Of a stretch of DNA of 64,000 nt, positions 1-8,054 are shown piece after piece. The position numbers and the translations under genes are program-made. Source of the stretch: an uncultured Armatimonadia bacterium (GTDB lineage Bacteria; Armatimonadota; Zipacnadia; CAVVLO01); contig CAVVLO010000002.1 in NCBI GenBank assembly GCA_963749155.1, forward strand, positions 416,001 to 480,000, given 5' to 3'. How positions within the stretch are numbered: position 1 is the stretch's first letter; every line of letters starts with the position of its first letter. Under the pieces are notes generated by a model. It was given only the letters and a program-made list of their open reading frames with translations, searched no databases and was not told the origin of the DNA.

Positions 1-167
1 ACGGTAGTGCCTGCACTGCGCGTGCTTTGGTACATCAGATCTTGAAACTCGGCTCGGCTTCCTTTGAAGCCGAGGGTGTTCACGTTGGCCAGGTTATTCG
101 AGATGACGTCCAGGTTTGTCTGCTGAGCGGTCATCCCGGTGGCCGCGGTCCATAAAGCTCTTATCAT
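1..167 (-). CDS. flgG: Flagellar basal-body rod protein FlgG (5' part; runs off window)
   Basis: Manual translation from ATG at 167: [47 protein letters not shown], the canonical FlgG N-terminus. Not in the ORF track. Confidence 0.92.
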   Translation of the reverse strand, partial: MIRALWTAATGMTAQQTNLDVISNNLANVNTLGFKGSRAEFQDLMYQSTRSAGTT

Positions 168-192
168 TTGGCTCTTGCCCTCCCTGGGCGCG

Positions 193-269
193 AGCCGACT
201 TGCGGGAAGCCCTGCTGACTGCAGGAGCCTCGGACTGTCCCTTGCGGGACCCAGTCCACACGGTCGGCT
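193..269 (-). other. Candidate structured RNA (three-way junction) in the flgF-flgG spacer
   Basis: AGCCGAC (193-199) and GTCGGCT (263-269) close two inner hairpins, one capped by a GCAA tetraloop on the minus strand. I recognise no Rfam family. Confidence 0.4.
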
Positions 270-963
270 ACGCGATACGGATCAGTTCCCCGAGCTTGCC
301 GAGGGTTTCGTCAAGCAATTGCACCGATTTGGCGCATAATTCGTATGTTTTGTTGCACTCGATCATCGAAACCAGTTCGGTTACGATGTTCACGTTGGAT
401 TTGGCCAATACTCCAAGTCGGATAGGCCCATCGGCGGGAGTTTCAATCCCCTCCGCAAGCTGCAATTGAAGTTGGTCGATACGTTTGCCCTGGTCGAAGA
501 CAGCTCCGGTGGAGTCAATCCAGGTATGACCTTCACCACTCGTTTTGATGGTTCCGGTCTCTCCAGCCAGCAACTCGCCAGCAGTAGTCATCAGCACCCC
601 ATCTGGGCCGATAACCAGGCTTCCGCATGTTGTAGTGCTTCCTGAGGTAGTCTTAAGTGAGTGGCCTGGGGCAAGCGCCAGATCGAGAGGTCGACCAGTC
701 ACCTCGAGCTCAGGTTCGTCCTGGCTCTGTAGCACCTGGATACCGCTGACTCCACCTGCAGCTAGTCCGGCAGGCCACGAGTTGGTGGGCACGCCCTGAG
801 CTCGTTGCTGGCCATAAGTCACTTTGCCCTCTGCGCCCAGGTATTGGGGGATTAGCCGTTGAAAGCCAGGGGTGTCGACATTGGCCACGTTGTGAGCTAT
901 CACGTCGTGAGCATCAAGGTTGGCGCTCATCGCCCAACCCGCTGAATATAGTGCTCTCAGCAT
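268..963 (-). CDS. flgF: Flagellar basal-body rod protein, FlgF/FlhO-like
   Basis: MLRALYSAG...[24 protein letters not shown] and C-terminal [13 protein letters not shown] motifs; SD (GGAGG) before ATG 963; upstream of flgG. Confidence 0.8.
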   Translation of the reverse strand: MLRALYSAGWAMSANLDAHDVIAHNVANVDTPGFQRLIPQYLGAEGKVTYGQQRAQGVPTNSWPAGLAAGGVSGIQVLQSQDEPELEVTGRPLDLALAPGHSLKTTSGSTTTCGSLVIGPDGVLMTTAGELLAGETGTIKTSGEGHTWIDSTGAVFDQGKRIDQLQLQLAEGIETPADGPIRLGVLAKSNVNIVTELVSMIECNKTYELCAKSVQLLDETLGKLGELIRIA

Positions 964-986
964 CTTCTCACCTCCCTTGCCTGAAG

Positions 987-1014
987 TTATCGGCAAGGCA
1001 AGTGAGGAACCTTA
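987..1014 (-). promoter_or_regulatory. Sigma-28 (FliA/SigD) promoter for flgF-flgG
   Basis: Minus strand TAAG-N16-GCCGATAA: perfect -10 box, about 23 nt above the flgF start. Confidence 0.8.
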
Positions 1015-1036
1015 GGGGTTAGCTCAAAAAAATTGT

Positions 1037-1066
1037 AAAAAAAAAGCGGGGCCCAAAAGGCCCCGC
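1037..1066 (-). terminator. Rho-independent terminator after flgM
   Basis: Minus strand GCGGGGCC-ttttg-GGCCCCGC followed by T9. Confidence 0.9.
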
Positions 1067-1086
1067 CGGCGGTTAGCCACGAGAGG

Positions 1087-1356
1087 TCAGCCTTCGAGCA
1101 TCGCCTTGGCGATGTCCAGGCTGGAGGGATTGTACTGACCCGATTGGACGAGGTGCTTGAGCCGCTCTATTTGCTGCGAGCGAGCCAAGCTCGCCTCGCC
1201 CAGTGCGGCCCGGGCTACTCCCATCGCCTGGGCGCGGTCACTCATCTCGACCGCATCCTCGCCAGGGAGAGCCTTGGCTGCCTCGGGAGCTCTCCTACCT
1301 ACCTTCTCGGGCCCTGGTCCAAGCCAGACACTCAGGTACTTGCCATCTATCCTCAT
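1087..1356 (-). CDS. flgM: Anti-sigma-28 factor FlgM
   Basis: About 89 aa; D-x-V-E-M-S motif and C-terminal IERLKHLVQSGQYNPSSLDIAKAML; sigma-28 promoter upstream. Confidence 0.88.
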   Translation of the reverse strand: MRIDGKYLSVWLGPGPEKVGRRAPEAAKALPGEDAVEMSDRAQAMGVARAALGEASLARSQQIERLKHLVQSGQYNPSSLDIAKAMLEG

Positions 1357-1375
1357 CGCTACCACCTAGTAATGC

Positions 1376-1402
1376 TTATCGGCAATCCCGATTGAGACTT
1401 GA
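1376..1402 (-). promoter_or_regulatory. Sigma-28 promoter for flgM
   Basis: Minus strand TCAAG-N14-GCCGATAA. Confidence 0.88.
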
Positions 1403-1498
1403 GGGCGTTTACAGAAGGTTTACTATTGGCCTGACTGCATGCGAATATCGAGCTGCTGCTGAGCTGCTTTGGTCGCAGCATAAGTATCGAAGTAACAG

Positions 1499-2296
1499 TC
1501 AAGTGGCTCCTGTCGCCACAGGCTTGTCCGCATTGGTAAGCCAGTCATACAGCACATGACTCATCTGAGGGGTCAGTTGACGCTCGAATTCAAGCAGTTT
1601 CTCTTCTACGTTTGGCCCATATTTGCCTAGCTTTTCAGTGTCAGGGGCGATGGCCTGGGTAAGCTTGAGAAGCAGGCTCGTTTGGGCTGGCCCCATTCCC
1701 GCTTCAGTTGAGAGCAATCCAGCCTTGATTAGTCCCACCATTGATCTGGCCAGCAGGCCATCGAGTCGGGCATCGATGACTTTGGCAACTGAAGCCGCAT
1801 CGAGCTGTTTGCCTTTGGTAAGGCTAAGGGTTGTTTTGCCATCTGGCAAAAGGAAACTGGTTGCCTGGTCGATCACAACCGCCGGTTCGGTGAGACCAAG
1901 TGAGGAGGCATGTTCTTTGCCTTCTGCCGAATCAGGAGTGAGTATCTCCAGCTTGAGCCTGCCTCCAGCCGAGGTGCTTTTGGCTGTCAGTTCCTTGCTG
2001 ATCGCCTCATATGAAGCTCCTTCAGCAGGGAGAAACGCAATCACACTGACTGCCAGGTGGACAGGCTCTGGTTTGGCTGAGGCGTCAGTTGCAGGGGAGG
2101 CTTCATGCTCATGATCGTGGGCTGCGGTCGTGGCTCCCGCTTCTTCAGGACAGGCTTCGCCTTCGGCATGATCTTGACCGCATGAACACTGGTGCTTGGG
2201 GGCAGGGGGATTGGCTTTGGAGATCATATAACCAAAAGCTGTCAGTAATACCAGTAACCCGATTACCCCGGCAATCGTTTTTATGCGCGCGTTCAT
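1499..2296 (-). CDS. Membrane-anchored hypothetical protein with Cys/His-rich segment
   Basis: N-terminal TM helix, then HQCSCGQDH...C...HDHEH; SD GAGGAGG upstream. Confidence 0.7.
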   Translation of the reverse strand: MNARIKTIAGVIGLLVLLTAFGYMISKANPPAPKHQCSCGQDHAEGEACPEEAGATTAAHDHEHEASPATDASAKPEPVHLAVSVIAFLPAEGASYEAISKELTAKSTSAGGRLKLEILTPDSAEGKEHASSLGLTEPAVVIDQATSFLLPDGKTTLSLTKGKQLDAASVAKVIDARLDGLLARSMVGLIKAGLLSTEAGMGPAQTSLLLKLTQAIAPDTEKLGKYGPNVEEKLLEFERQLTPQMSHVLYDWLTNADKPVATGAT

Positions 2297-2403
2297 TGAA
2301 GACCCTCCTCTGGCAGGTAGACCCCTGCCAGCCTGTCAATTATACTTACACCCACTTTTACCCGCAATATCTAATGGTGGCAGCGGTCAAAAAGGAGACA
2401 GGT

Positions 2404-3375
2404 ATGGATTCACGTGAACGCGTAAAGCTGGCCTTAAGTTTCCAAAAGCCTGACAGATTGCCCTTTAACTTCTGGATGGACAGGCGTCTTATGGCCCAGT
2501 ATGAGGAAGAACTTGGTGGCCCTTACTGGCGTACGACCAAATATGGCGCTGATGTATGGGAGAGCTTTGCTCTCATCCCCTGGCAAGTGCCTGCGGCTGA
2601 ATATGAGATGCGCGACGGCACGGCCTGGGCAGTAAAGCCTTCTTTCGATTCGGTAGAACAGCTTGCCAGCGTAGCCCTTCCCGACGTGGAGTCTGAGGCT
2701 GTCTACTCGATGATCCGTAGCGACCGCGCCGCGCTGCCAGGAGTTTTTATGACAGGCGCGCTTATCAGCGCCCTGGGCTGGCTGGACGGGTGGCGGGGCT
2801 ACCAAAACTTTTTCACGGATATCTATGATGAACCTGAAATAATCGACCATATTGTCAATATCGTCCAGCAAACCAATACCACTGTGGCGCGCGGGATGAT
2901 AGAAGCTGGCGTCGATTGTCTCTACCTGATGGAAGATCTTGGTTCGACCACTGGCCTGTTGATGTCCAAAGACCATATCGAGCGTTATGTCTTGCGGTGT
3001 TTCTCAGGGGCGCTGGAAGTCGCAAAAGAAAAGGCCATCCCGGTTTTCTTCCATACCGATGGAGCCGTGCTGGACATCCTCGACAGGTTCGTCGAACTCG
3101 GCGTCACGGCAGTAAATCCACTGCAACCTCATCTCAACGACCACCAGGTGTTTCATCGCAAGTACCACAAGCGGCTGGCCCTGTATGGCGCGGGCGATAA
3201 TACCTATATAATCCCGACCGGCACGCCTGATGAGGTGCGCCAGCACGTCTTCGATATGTTCGAGCTGCACGGCCAGGAAGGCGGCTTTATCTTCAGCACG
3301 CACGACATCCCGCTCGAGACGCCTCGCGAGAATATCGAGGCAATGCTCGAGGCCTTGCGGCAATGCACCTACTAA
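2404..3375 (+). CDS. Uroporphyrinogen decarboxylase / MtaA-CmuA-fold protein
   Basis: MDSRERVKLALSFQKPDRLP start after AGGAG; EDLGS, FFHTDG, NPLQP and GGFIFSTH motifs. Confidence 0.85.
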   Translation: MDSRERVKLALSFQKPDRLPFNFWMDRRLMAQYEEELGGPYWRTTKYGADVWESFALIPWQVPAAEYEMRDGTAWAVKPSFDSVEQLASVALPDVESEAVYSMIRSDRAALPGVFMTGALISALGWLDGWRGYQNFFTDIYDEPEIIDHIVNIVQQTNTTVARGMIEAGVDCLYLMEDLGSTTGLLMSKDHIERYVLRCFSGALEVAKEKAIPVFFHTDGAVLDILDRFVELGVTAVNPLQPHLNDHQVFHRKYHKRLALYGAGDNTYIIPTGTPDEVRQHVFDMFELHGQEGGFIFSTHDIPLETPRENIEAMLEALRQCTY

Positions 3376-3384
3376 GGAGCACTG

Positions 3385-4044
3385 ATGATTGAGCATATCC
3401 TGAGTGTCCTGTTCGCTTTTGTAGAGTCAGTAATCGCTGCCGGAGGTTACTGGGGTATAGTAGCGCTTATGGCGATAGAAAGCGCCTGCATCCCCCTGCC
3501 CAGCGAGCTTATTATGCCCTTCAGCGGTTTTTTGGTGTCGAAGGGCGAGTTCAACTTGTGGCTTTGTGGACTTGCTGGTGCGGTCGGCTGCCTGGTTGGC
3601 TCCTGGATCGCTTACTGGGTCGGAGTGTATGGCGGCAGGCCTTTTGTCGAGAAATACGGCAAGTACATCCTGATGTCGAAACGCGACCTCGACCGGGCTG
3701 ACAGGTTCTTCACCAGGCACGGGGAGGCTACTGTTTTCATCGCCAGGCTGCTGCCTATCGTGCGCACTTATATCTCGCTGCCCGCAGGCATCAGCAAGAT
3801 GCACTTCTGGCGCTTCTCGTTTTACTCGCTCGTGGGTTCCTTCCCCTGGTGCCTGGCTCTGGCCTGGGTTGGAATGAAACTTGGCGACGAATGGCAGGCC
3901 ATCCGGGGCTATCTGCACAAGTTCGATTTCCTGGTCGCGGCAGTCCTGATAATTTTGTTTGCGCTCTTCCTTTGGCACCATTTCCGCCCGGAAGAAAAGG
4001 AAGTCGCTGCCGAGGTCTCGCCTGCCGAAACCAAAGAAGACTAG
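3385..4044 (+). CDS. DedA family membrane protein
   Basis: IESACIPLPSELIMPFSGF and RLLPIVRTYISLPAG motifs. Confidence 0.93.
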   Translation: MIEHILSVLFAFVESVIAAGGYWGIVALMAIESACIPLPSELIMPFSGFLVSKGEFNLWLCGLAGAVGCLVGSWIAYWVGVYGGRPFVEKYGKYILMSKRDLDRADRFFTRHGEATVFIARLLPIVRTYISLPAGISKMHFWRFSFYSLVGSFPWCLALAWVGMKLGDEWQAIRGYLHKFDFLVAAVLIILFALFLWHHFRPEEKEVAAEVSPAETKED

Positions 4045-4868
4045 CCTCGAGTTCTCTGCCAATAGGCCTTGAGTTCGAGATAAACCCAGTCAGGCACCTC
4101 TACCTTGGCAATGGGGACAGGTTTCGTGGCCAGCGGCCCATGACTGTCCGAGCCTCCGGTGACAACCAGTCCCTGCTTGCGCGCGATTTTCAGGTATTTC
4201 GCAGTGGTCTTGCGGTCATGCGCGGTGTGGAAGACTTCAAGGCCTTCGAGCCCTGCCGACTTGAGGGTGTAAATCCAGTTGTCGTCTCCGACCAGCCCTG
4301 GATGAGCCAGCACGGGGATGCCGCCTGCTTCCTTAATAAGCGCGACAGCCTCCTTGGGGGCTAGTCTGTATCTGGGCACATAGCCCGGCCCTCCGGGCAG
4401 CAGATAGCGCGTGAAGACTTCCTGCGGCGTGCCCCCGTAACCCAGCTTGTGGAGGGCCCGGGCAACATGAGGCCGGCCGATAGATTCTCCCTCCGCCACC
4501 TCCAGCACATCCTCCAGGCTAACCTCGACCCCTGCCTGCTGCAAGCGCTCGATTATCCGCTCGGCCCGTTCGCGCCTTCTTTGGCGAAGCGCGCCCAGAG
4601 TTTCGGTCAAAACCGGATAATCCGGCTGGATGTAATAACCGAGGATATGCAGGTCGCGCTGCTCCTGCTCGGTATTGATTTCTATCCCAGGGACAAAGTT
4701 CGCAGTAAACTCCGAGGCATGCTCGGCGACGATTCTGGAACCTTCCTGGGTGTCATGGTCAGTAAGGGAAAAAGCCAGCAAGCCTAGTCTGTCAACTTCT
4801 CTGGCAACTTCAAGTGGCTCCAGCGTGCCATCAGAGGCCGTCGAGTGGAGGTGCAAATCACAGGGCAT
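4041..4868 (-). CDS. PHP-domain metal-dependent phosphoesterase (TrpH/YciV-like)
   Basis: DLHLHSTASDG, LTDHD, GRPHVA, AHP and TGGSDSHG motifs. Confidence 0.93.
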   Translation of the reverse strand: MPCDLHLHSTASDGTLEPLEVAREVDRLGLLAFSLTDHDTQEGSRIVAEHASEFTANFVPGIEINTEQEQRDLHILGYYIQPDYPVLTETLGALRQRRRERAERIIERLQQAGVEVSLEDVLEVAEGESIGRPHVARALHKLGYGGTPQEVFTRYLLPGGPGYVPRYRLAPKEAVALIKEAGGIPVLAHPGLVGDDNWIYTLKSAGLEGLEVFHTAHDRKTTAKYLKIARKQGLVVTGGSDSHGPLATKPVPIAKVEVPDWVYLELKAYWQRTRG

Positions 4869-6310
4869 CCTGGTACTTCCTTATACAACCCCTTGCGAAG
4901 GTAAGCGCCTGGTCGCGGCTTGTCACAAGCCCTTCGGCACTGGCGGAGGCAAGTTCCTCCAGGCATAAAGAGACCAGTGGGCCCGGTTCCAGACCAAGCG
5001 CCTCGATGAGTTCCTCTCCAGTCATCCAGATGGGCGGGGCAAAAGCTTCTGTCTGCTCGAAGTAGTCCCTTAGCAGTTGCCTGGCATAACCAAGATAGCT
5101 TTCCAGCACTTCTGGCTTGAGAGCTGTACCTCGCGCTGCCAGTCTGTCTACCAGAGAAACCAGGATGACCTCGACCGAATAAGGCGAGGTGCGCCTGAAG
5201 AAGCTCAGCCGGTCGGCAGGAGTGGTGCGTTCTTCCCGCAAGAGCCAGGTGGATGTCCAGATGCCGACGTGTACATTTGGTGACCAGGTCGGCCTGGTCA
5301 GTTGAAAACTTTAACCGTTCAGCCAGCTCTTCGAGCAGTTCTACTCCGACCTCCTCATGCCTGGGGAAGCCAAAACCATATTCGCCCAGGCCTGTGGCGG
5401 TATCTGTCTTGCCCACATCATGCCACAGTGTTGCGAAGGTCAGCACATTGATACGAGGCGAGGCGCCGCGCACTGGCTGAGCCAGATATTTCTCAAGATT
5501 GGGCGCCAGGTCAGGGGCTATATCGAACTCCTCGAGCAGTCGGGCGAGTTCTGTCAGCGCCTGCAGCGTATGGTCATAGGCCGAGAGATGATGATTCCGG
5601 TTCTGCTCCAGTCCCTGCAGCGCCTTTACCTGGGGCAATACCTTTGCGAGCAGGCCCAGGTTGTCCATCAACTCTACGGCTTTCCTGGCTTGCCTCGGAG
5701 CAAGTGCCCGAAACAGTTCTTCGCGCAGTCGTTCGCCCGCGACGAGGGTGACCTCTTCGGCGTGTTTGCGAATATAACTGGCGGTCTCCCCTTCGACCAT
5801 AAGGTTGTAGTCCGCCGCAAGGCGCACTGCGCGCATATACCTGGCCGGGTCCATAGACAGATTCTTCAGCGCCACGGCGCGTAGTCGGCCAGCCACTAAA
5901 TCTTGCCGGCCGCCCAGTGGATCATAAACTTGCTTCTCATAGTTCCCGTCAAGGACTGCCGATATAGGCAGAGCCATTGCGTTGAGGGTGTAGTCTCGCT
6001 CCTTCAAATCATCAAGCAAGGTGCCGCGGATAGGCGCGAGGTCCAGCAGGCAGTTCTGTCCCGCCTCCTCCCAGGCAAGGCGCCTGGTCTGGAAACCACG
6101 TCGAAGCTCGAAAGCGCTGCCTCCGACTCGTTTGGCCAGCTCCTCCGCGATAACCAGATAATCGCCTGTTACCACTACATCCGCGTCCAGGACCTGCCGC
6201 CCGACGACGAGATCGCGCACTGCGCCGCCCACAAGATACGCTCCCGAATCCAGTTCGTGCAGGTGGCGCGCAACTTGCTGCAAGGTCTCCATGCTGAAGC
6301 AGTATTCCAC
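4858..6310 (-). CDS. CCA-adding / poly(A) polymerase family nucleotidyltransferase with HD domain (frameshift near 5248)
   Basis: LVGGAVRD, DADVV, RDYTLNAMA, DPAR, ERLREE and HDVGK motifs; C-terminus (TGEELIEALGLEPGPLV) is in ORF 4858..5241. Removing one base joins the frames. Confidence 0.85.
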
Positions 6311-6334
6311 TTTGGACTCCCTTCTAGCGCCGGT

Positions 6335-6763
6335 CTAACCTGATGAAACCGAGAATATCAAATATCCCGTATCAGTTTGAATACAATTCAGGACAAGCCC
6401 GGCGCCGCCCTGTTTCGGTATCAACCTGACAAGCTGCCCGTTCTGGACTGGCTCTGGCGCTTCAATTGTATAGCCTCCAGCCACGTAACCGAGTCCCCCG
6501 AGTTCAGTCGCCTTGTCTTTGGTCATCTTCTGGATTATCTCGGTGCGTTGCTGAGGAGCGTACATCTCCCAGTCGGTCGAGTTCTGCTTGCACCAAAGCT
6601 CGATTGCGAACAGGTCCGCCGCTGCCGCCAGATCGCCTTTGCTCATCGCCGCATCGAAAGCCGCGGCGAGACTGGCTGCATCTCCGAAACTTGCTTGTTT
6701 CTTGCCGCAGCCAGCTATTACAACTGCCAGTGCCAGAACCAGAAACCAGGCCAGAGGTCTCAA
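6335..6763 (-). CDS. Hypothetical lipoprotein
   Basis: Signal peptide with lipobox IAGC; start overlaps the methyltransferase stop. Confidence 0.75.
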   Translation of the reverse strand: MRPLAWFLVLALAVVIAGCGKKQASFGDAASLAAAFDAAMSKGDLAAAADLFAIELWCKQNSTDWEMYAPQQRTEIIQKMTKDKATELGGLGYVAGGYTIEAPEPVQNGQLVRLIPKQGGAGLVLNCIQTDTGYLIFSVSSG

Positions 6764-7563
6764 TCGCGCGCCTCCCTGAGTGCCGCTACATAGAAAGCTC
6801 TATCCGAACGAGACCGTAAGGGTTCCAGGCTGTAGGCTTCATATACTTCAAGCAAGTCGAGGCCAGCTTCCCACAGCAAGCGCTGGATGGTCGCAACAGT
6901 ATACGCCCGCTGCCTATGATACTGCGTTATCTGTTTACACTGGCCTTCCAGCCGGAGTTCGAAATCAAGCCTGACCGTGCAGATATGCGTCTCGGGGTCA
7001 TATTTACCCCGCCATTTGTACTGGAGGAAATCCTGTTTATCCCACAGGTTATCCTGGTTGAACAGCTTGTTGACGAAGGCCACCTCGGTGTTGAGGTCAA
7101 AAATGAATAGCCCCTCGGGCGCAAGATGACTTGCCGCGCGTCGGAAAGCCTCTCCCAGTTCGTCTTCCTTCAGGATGTAGTTCAAGCTGTCGAAGACCGA
7201 GAAGATAGCATCGAACTGCTGACCCAGGTCCAGGCGTTCGGCTAGCTGAACTTCAAACTGGAAAGGCGTTGCCAGCATGGCGGCCTTGTTTCGCGCAACC
7301 TCGACCATCGCCGCCGAGGCGTCCACCCCTGCCACCTCATAGCCCCGGCTTGCCAGCTCAAAACTCATCGTGCCTGTGCCACAGGCCAGGTCCAGCAACC
7401 TGCGAGGTGTAATATGGTGGCGCGCGAAGAGCTGTTCGAGATAACTGGCCCATTCTGTATAACCTACCCGACGCATCAGATGGTCATAGAAAGGCGCCAG
7501 CACCTCGAACTGGTCTTCGAAAGCAGTGGAATCTGCCTCTTCGGTTATTGGTAGGTCTCCCAC
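6760..7563 (-). CDS. Class I SAM-dependent methyltransferase
   Basis: LLDLACGTG, GVDAS, FDSLNY and GLFIFD motifs. Start assumed at GTG 7563 (uncertain). Confidence 0.88.
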   Translation of the reverse strand: MGDLPITEEADSTAFEDQFEVLAPFYDHLMRRVGYTEWASYLEQLFARHHITPRRLLDLACGTGTMSFELASRGYEVAGVDASAAMVEVARNKAAMLATPFQFEVQLAERLDLGQQFDAIFSVFDSLNYILKEDELGEAFRRAASHLAPEGLFIFDLNTEVAFVNKLFNQDNLWDKQDFLQYKWRGKYDPETHICTVRLDFELRLEGQCKQITQYHRQRAYTVATIQRLLWEAGLDLLEVYEAYSLEPLRSRSDRAFYVAALREARD

Positions 7564-8036
7564 TTGAGCACGTCCTGCAGGCTGCGCTTGGCCGGCGGGG
7601 TTGGTGAGGCAGCCGGGATGCCAACTGGCACCAGGGCGAACAACCGCTTGGTCGCCGGGATCTTTAACAGCTTCTCGTATTCCTCGCGATGAGGCGCCAT
7701 TGCGCCTTGTATCCAACAGGCGCCATATCCCATTGCCGATATGACCAACAACATATTCTGGATGCCGGCGCTTGCGTCCTCAGCCCACCAGGTCGAGGTC
7801 GGGTCAGCCACTACTGCAATCACCGCGGCGGCGTTGCCAATAAAGCTCTGAGACTTCGCGAAGGCCTGGATTTTCGCCTTGTCGCGCACGATAACATAAT
7901 CTATCGGCTGGATATTACAACCGGAGGGAGCCATCCGGGCTGCATCCACCATCAGTTGCAGCTTGATTTCGGGCACCTCGCCCTCTTTGAAAGCGCGTAC
8001 GCTCCGGCGTTTCTTGATGATCTCCATAATCTCCAT
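7545..8036 (-). CDS. Nitroreductase family protein
   Basis: IKKRRSVRAF, ARMAPSGCNIQP and GYGACWI motifs. Confidence 0.93.
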   Translation of the reverse strand: MEIMEIIKKRRSVRAFKEGEVPEIKLQLMVDAARMAPSGCNIQPIDYVIVRDKAKIQAFAKSQSFIGNAAAVIAVVADPTSTWWAEDASAGIQNMLLVISAMGYGACWIQGAMAPHREEYEKLLKIPATKRLFALVPVGIPAASPTPPAKRSLQDVLKWETYQ

Positions 8037-8054
8037 CTGGTCGTCTCTCCTTTA

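Noticed and set aside
193..269. c-di-GMP-I riboswitch call
   Set aside because: Lacks the conserved GGCAAA/GCAAA junction signature; kept only as an unnamed structure.
1432..1501. Possible structured RNA upstream of the flgM promoter (TGACTG/CAGTCA and GCTGC/GCAGC)
   Set aside because: Stems are short and expected by chance at this GC content.
2089..2403. N-terminal extensions in the ORF track (also at 7716, 25523, 27345, 30580, 31311, 57636)
   Set aside because: They overlap neighbouring genes or promoters; downstream starts with SD or family-typical N-termini fit better.
2404..3375. hemE assignment for the UroD-fold genes
   Set aside because: The HemE RQAGR motif is absent and no tetrapyrrole genes are nearby.
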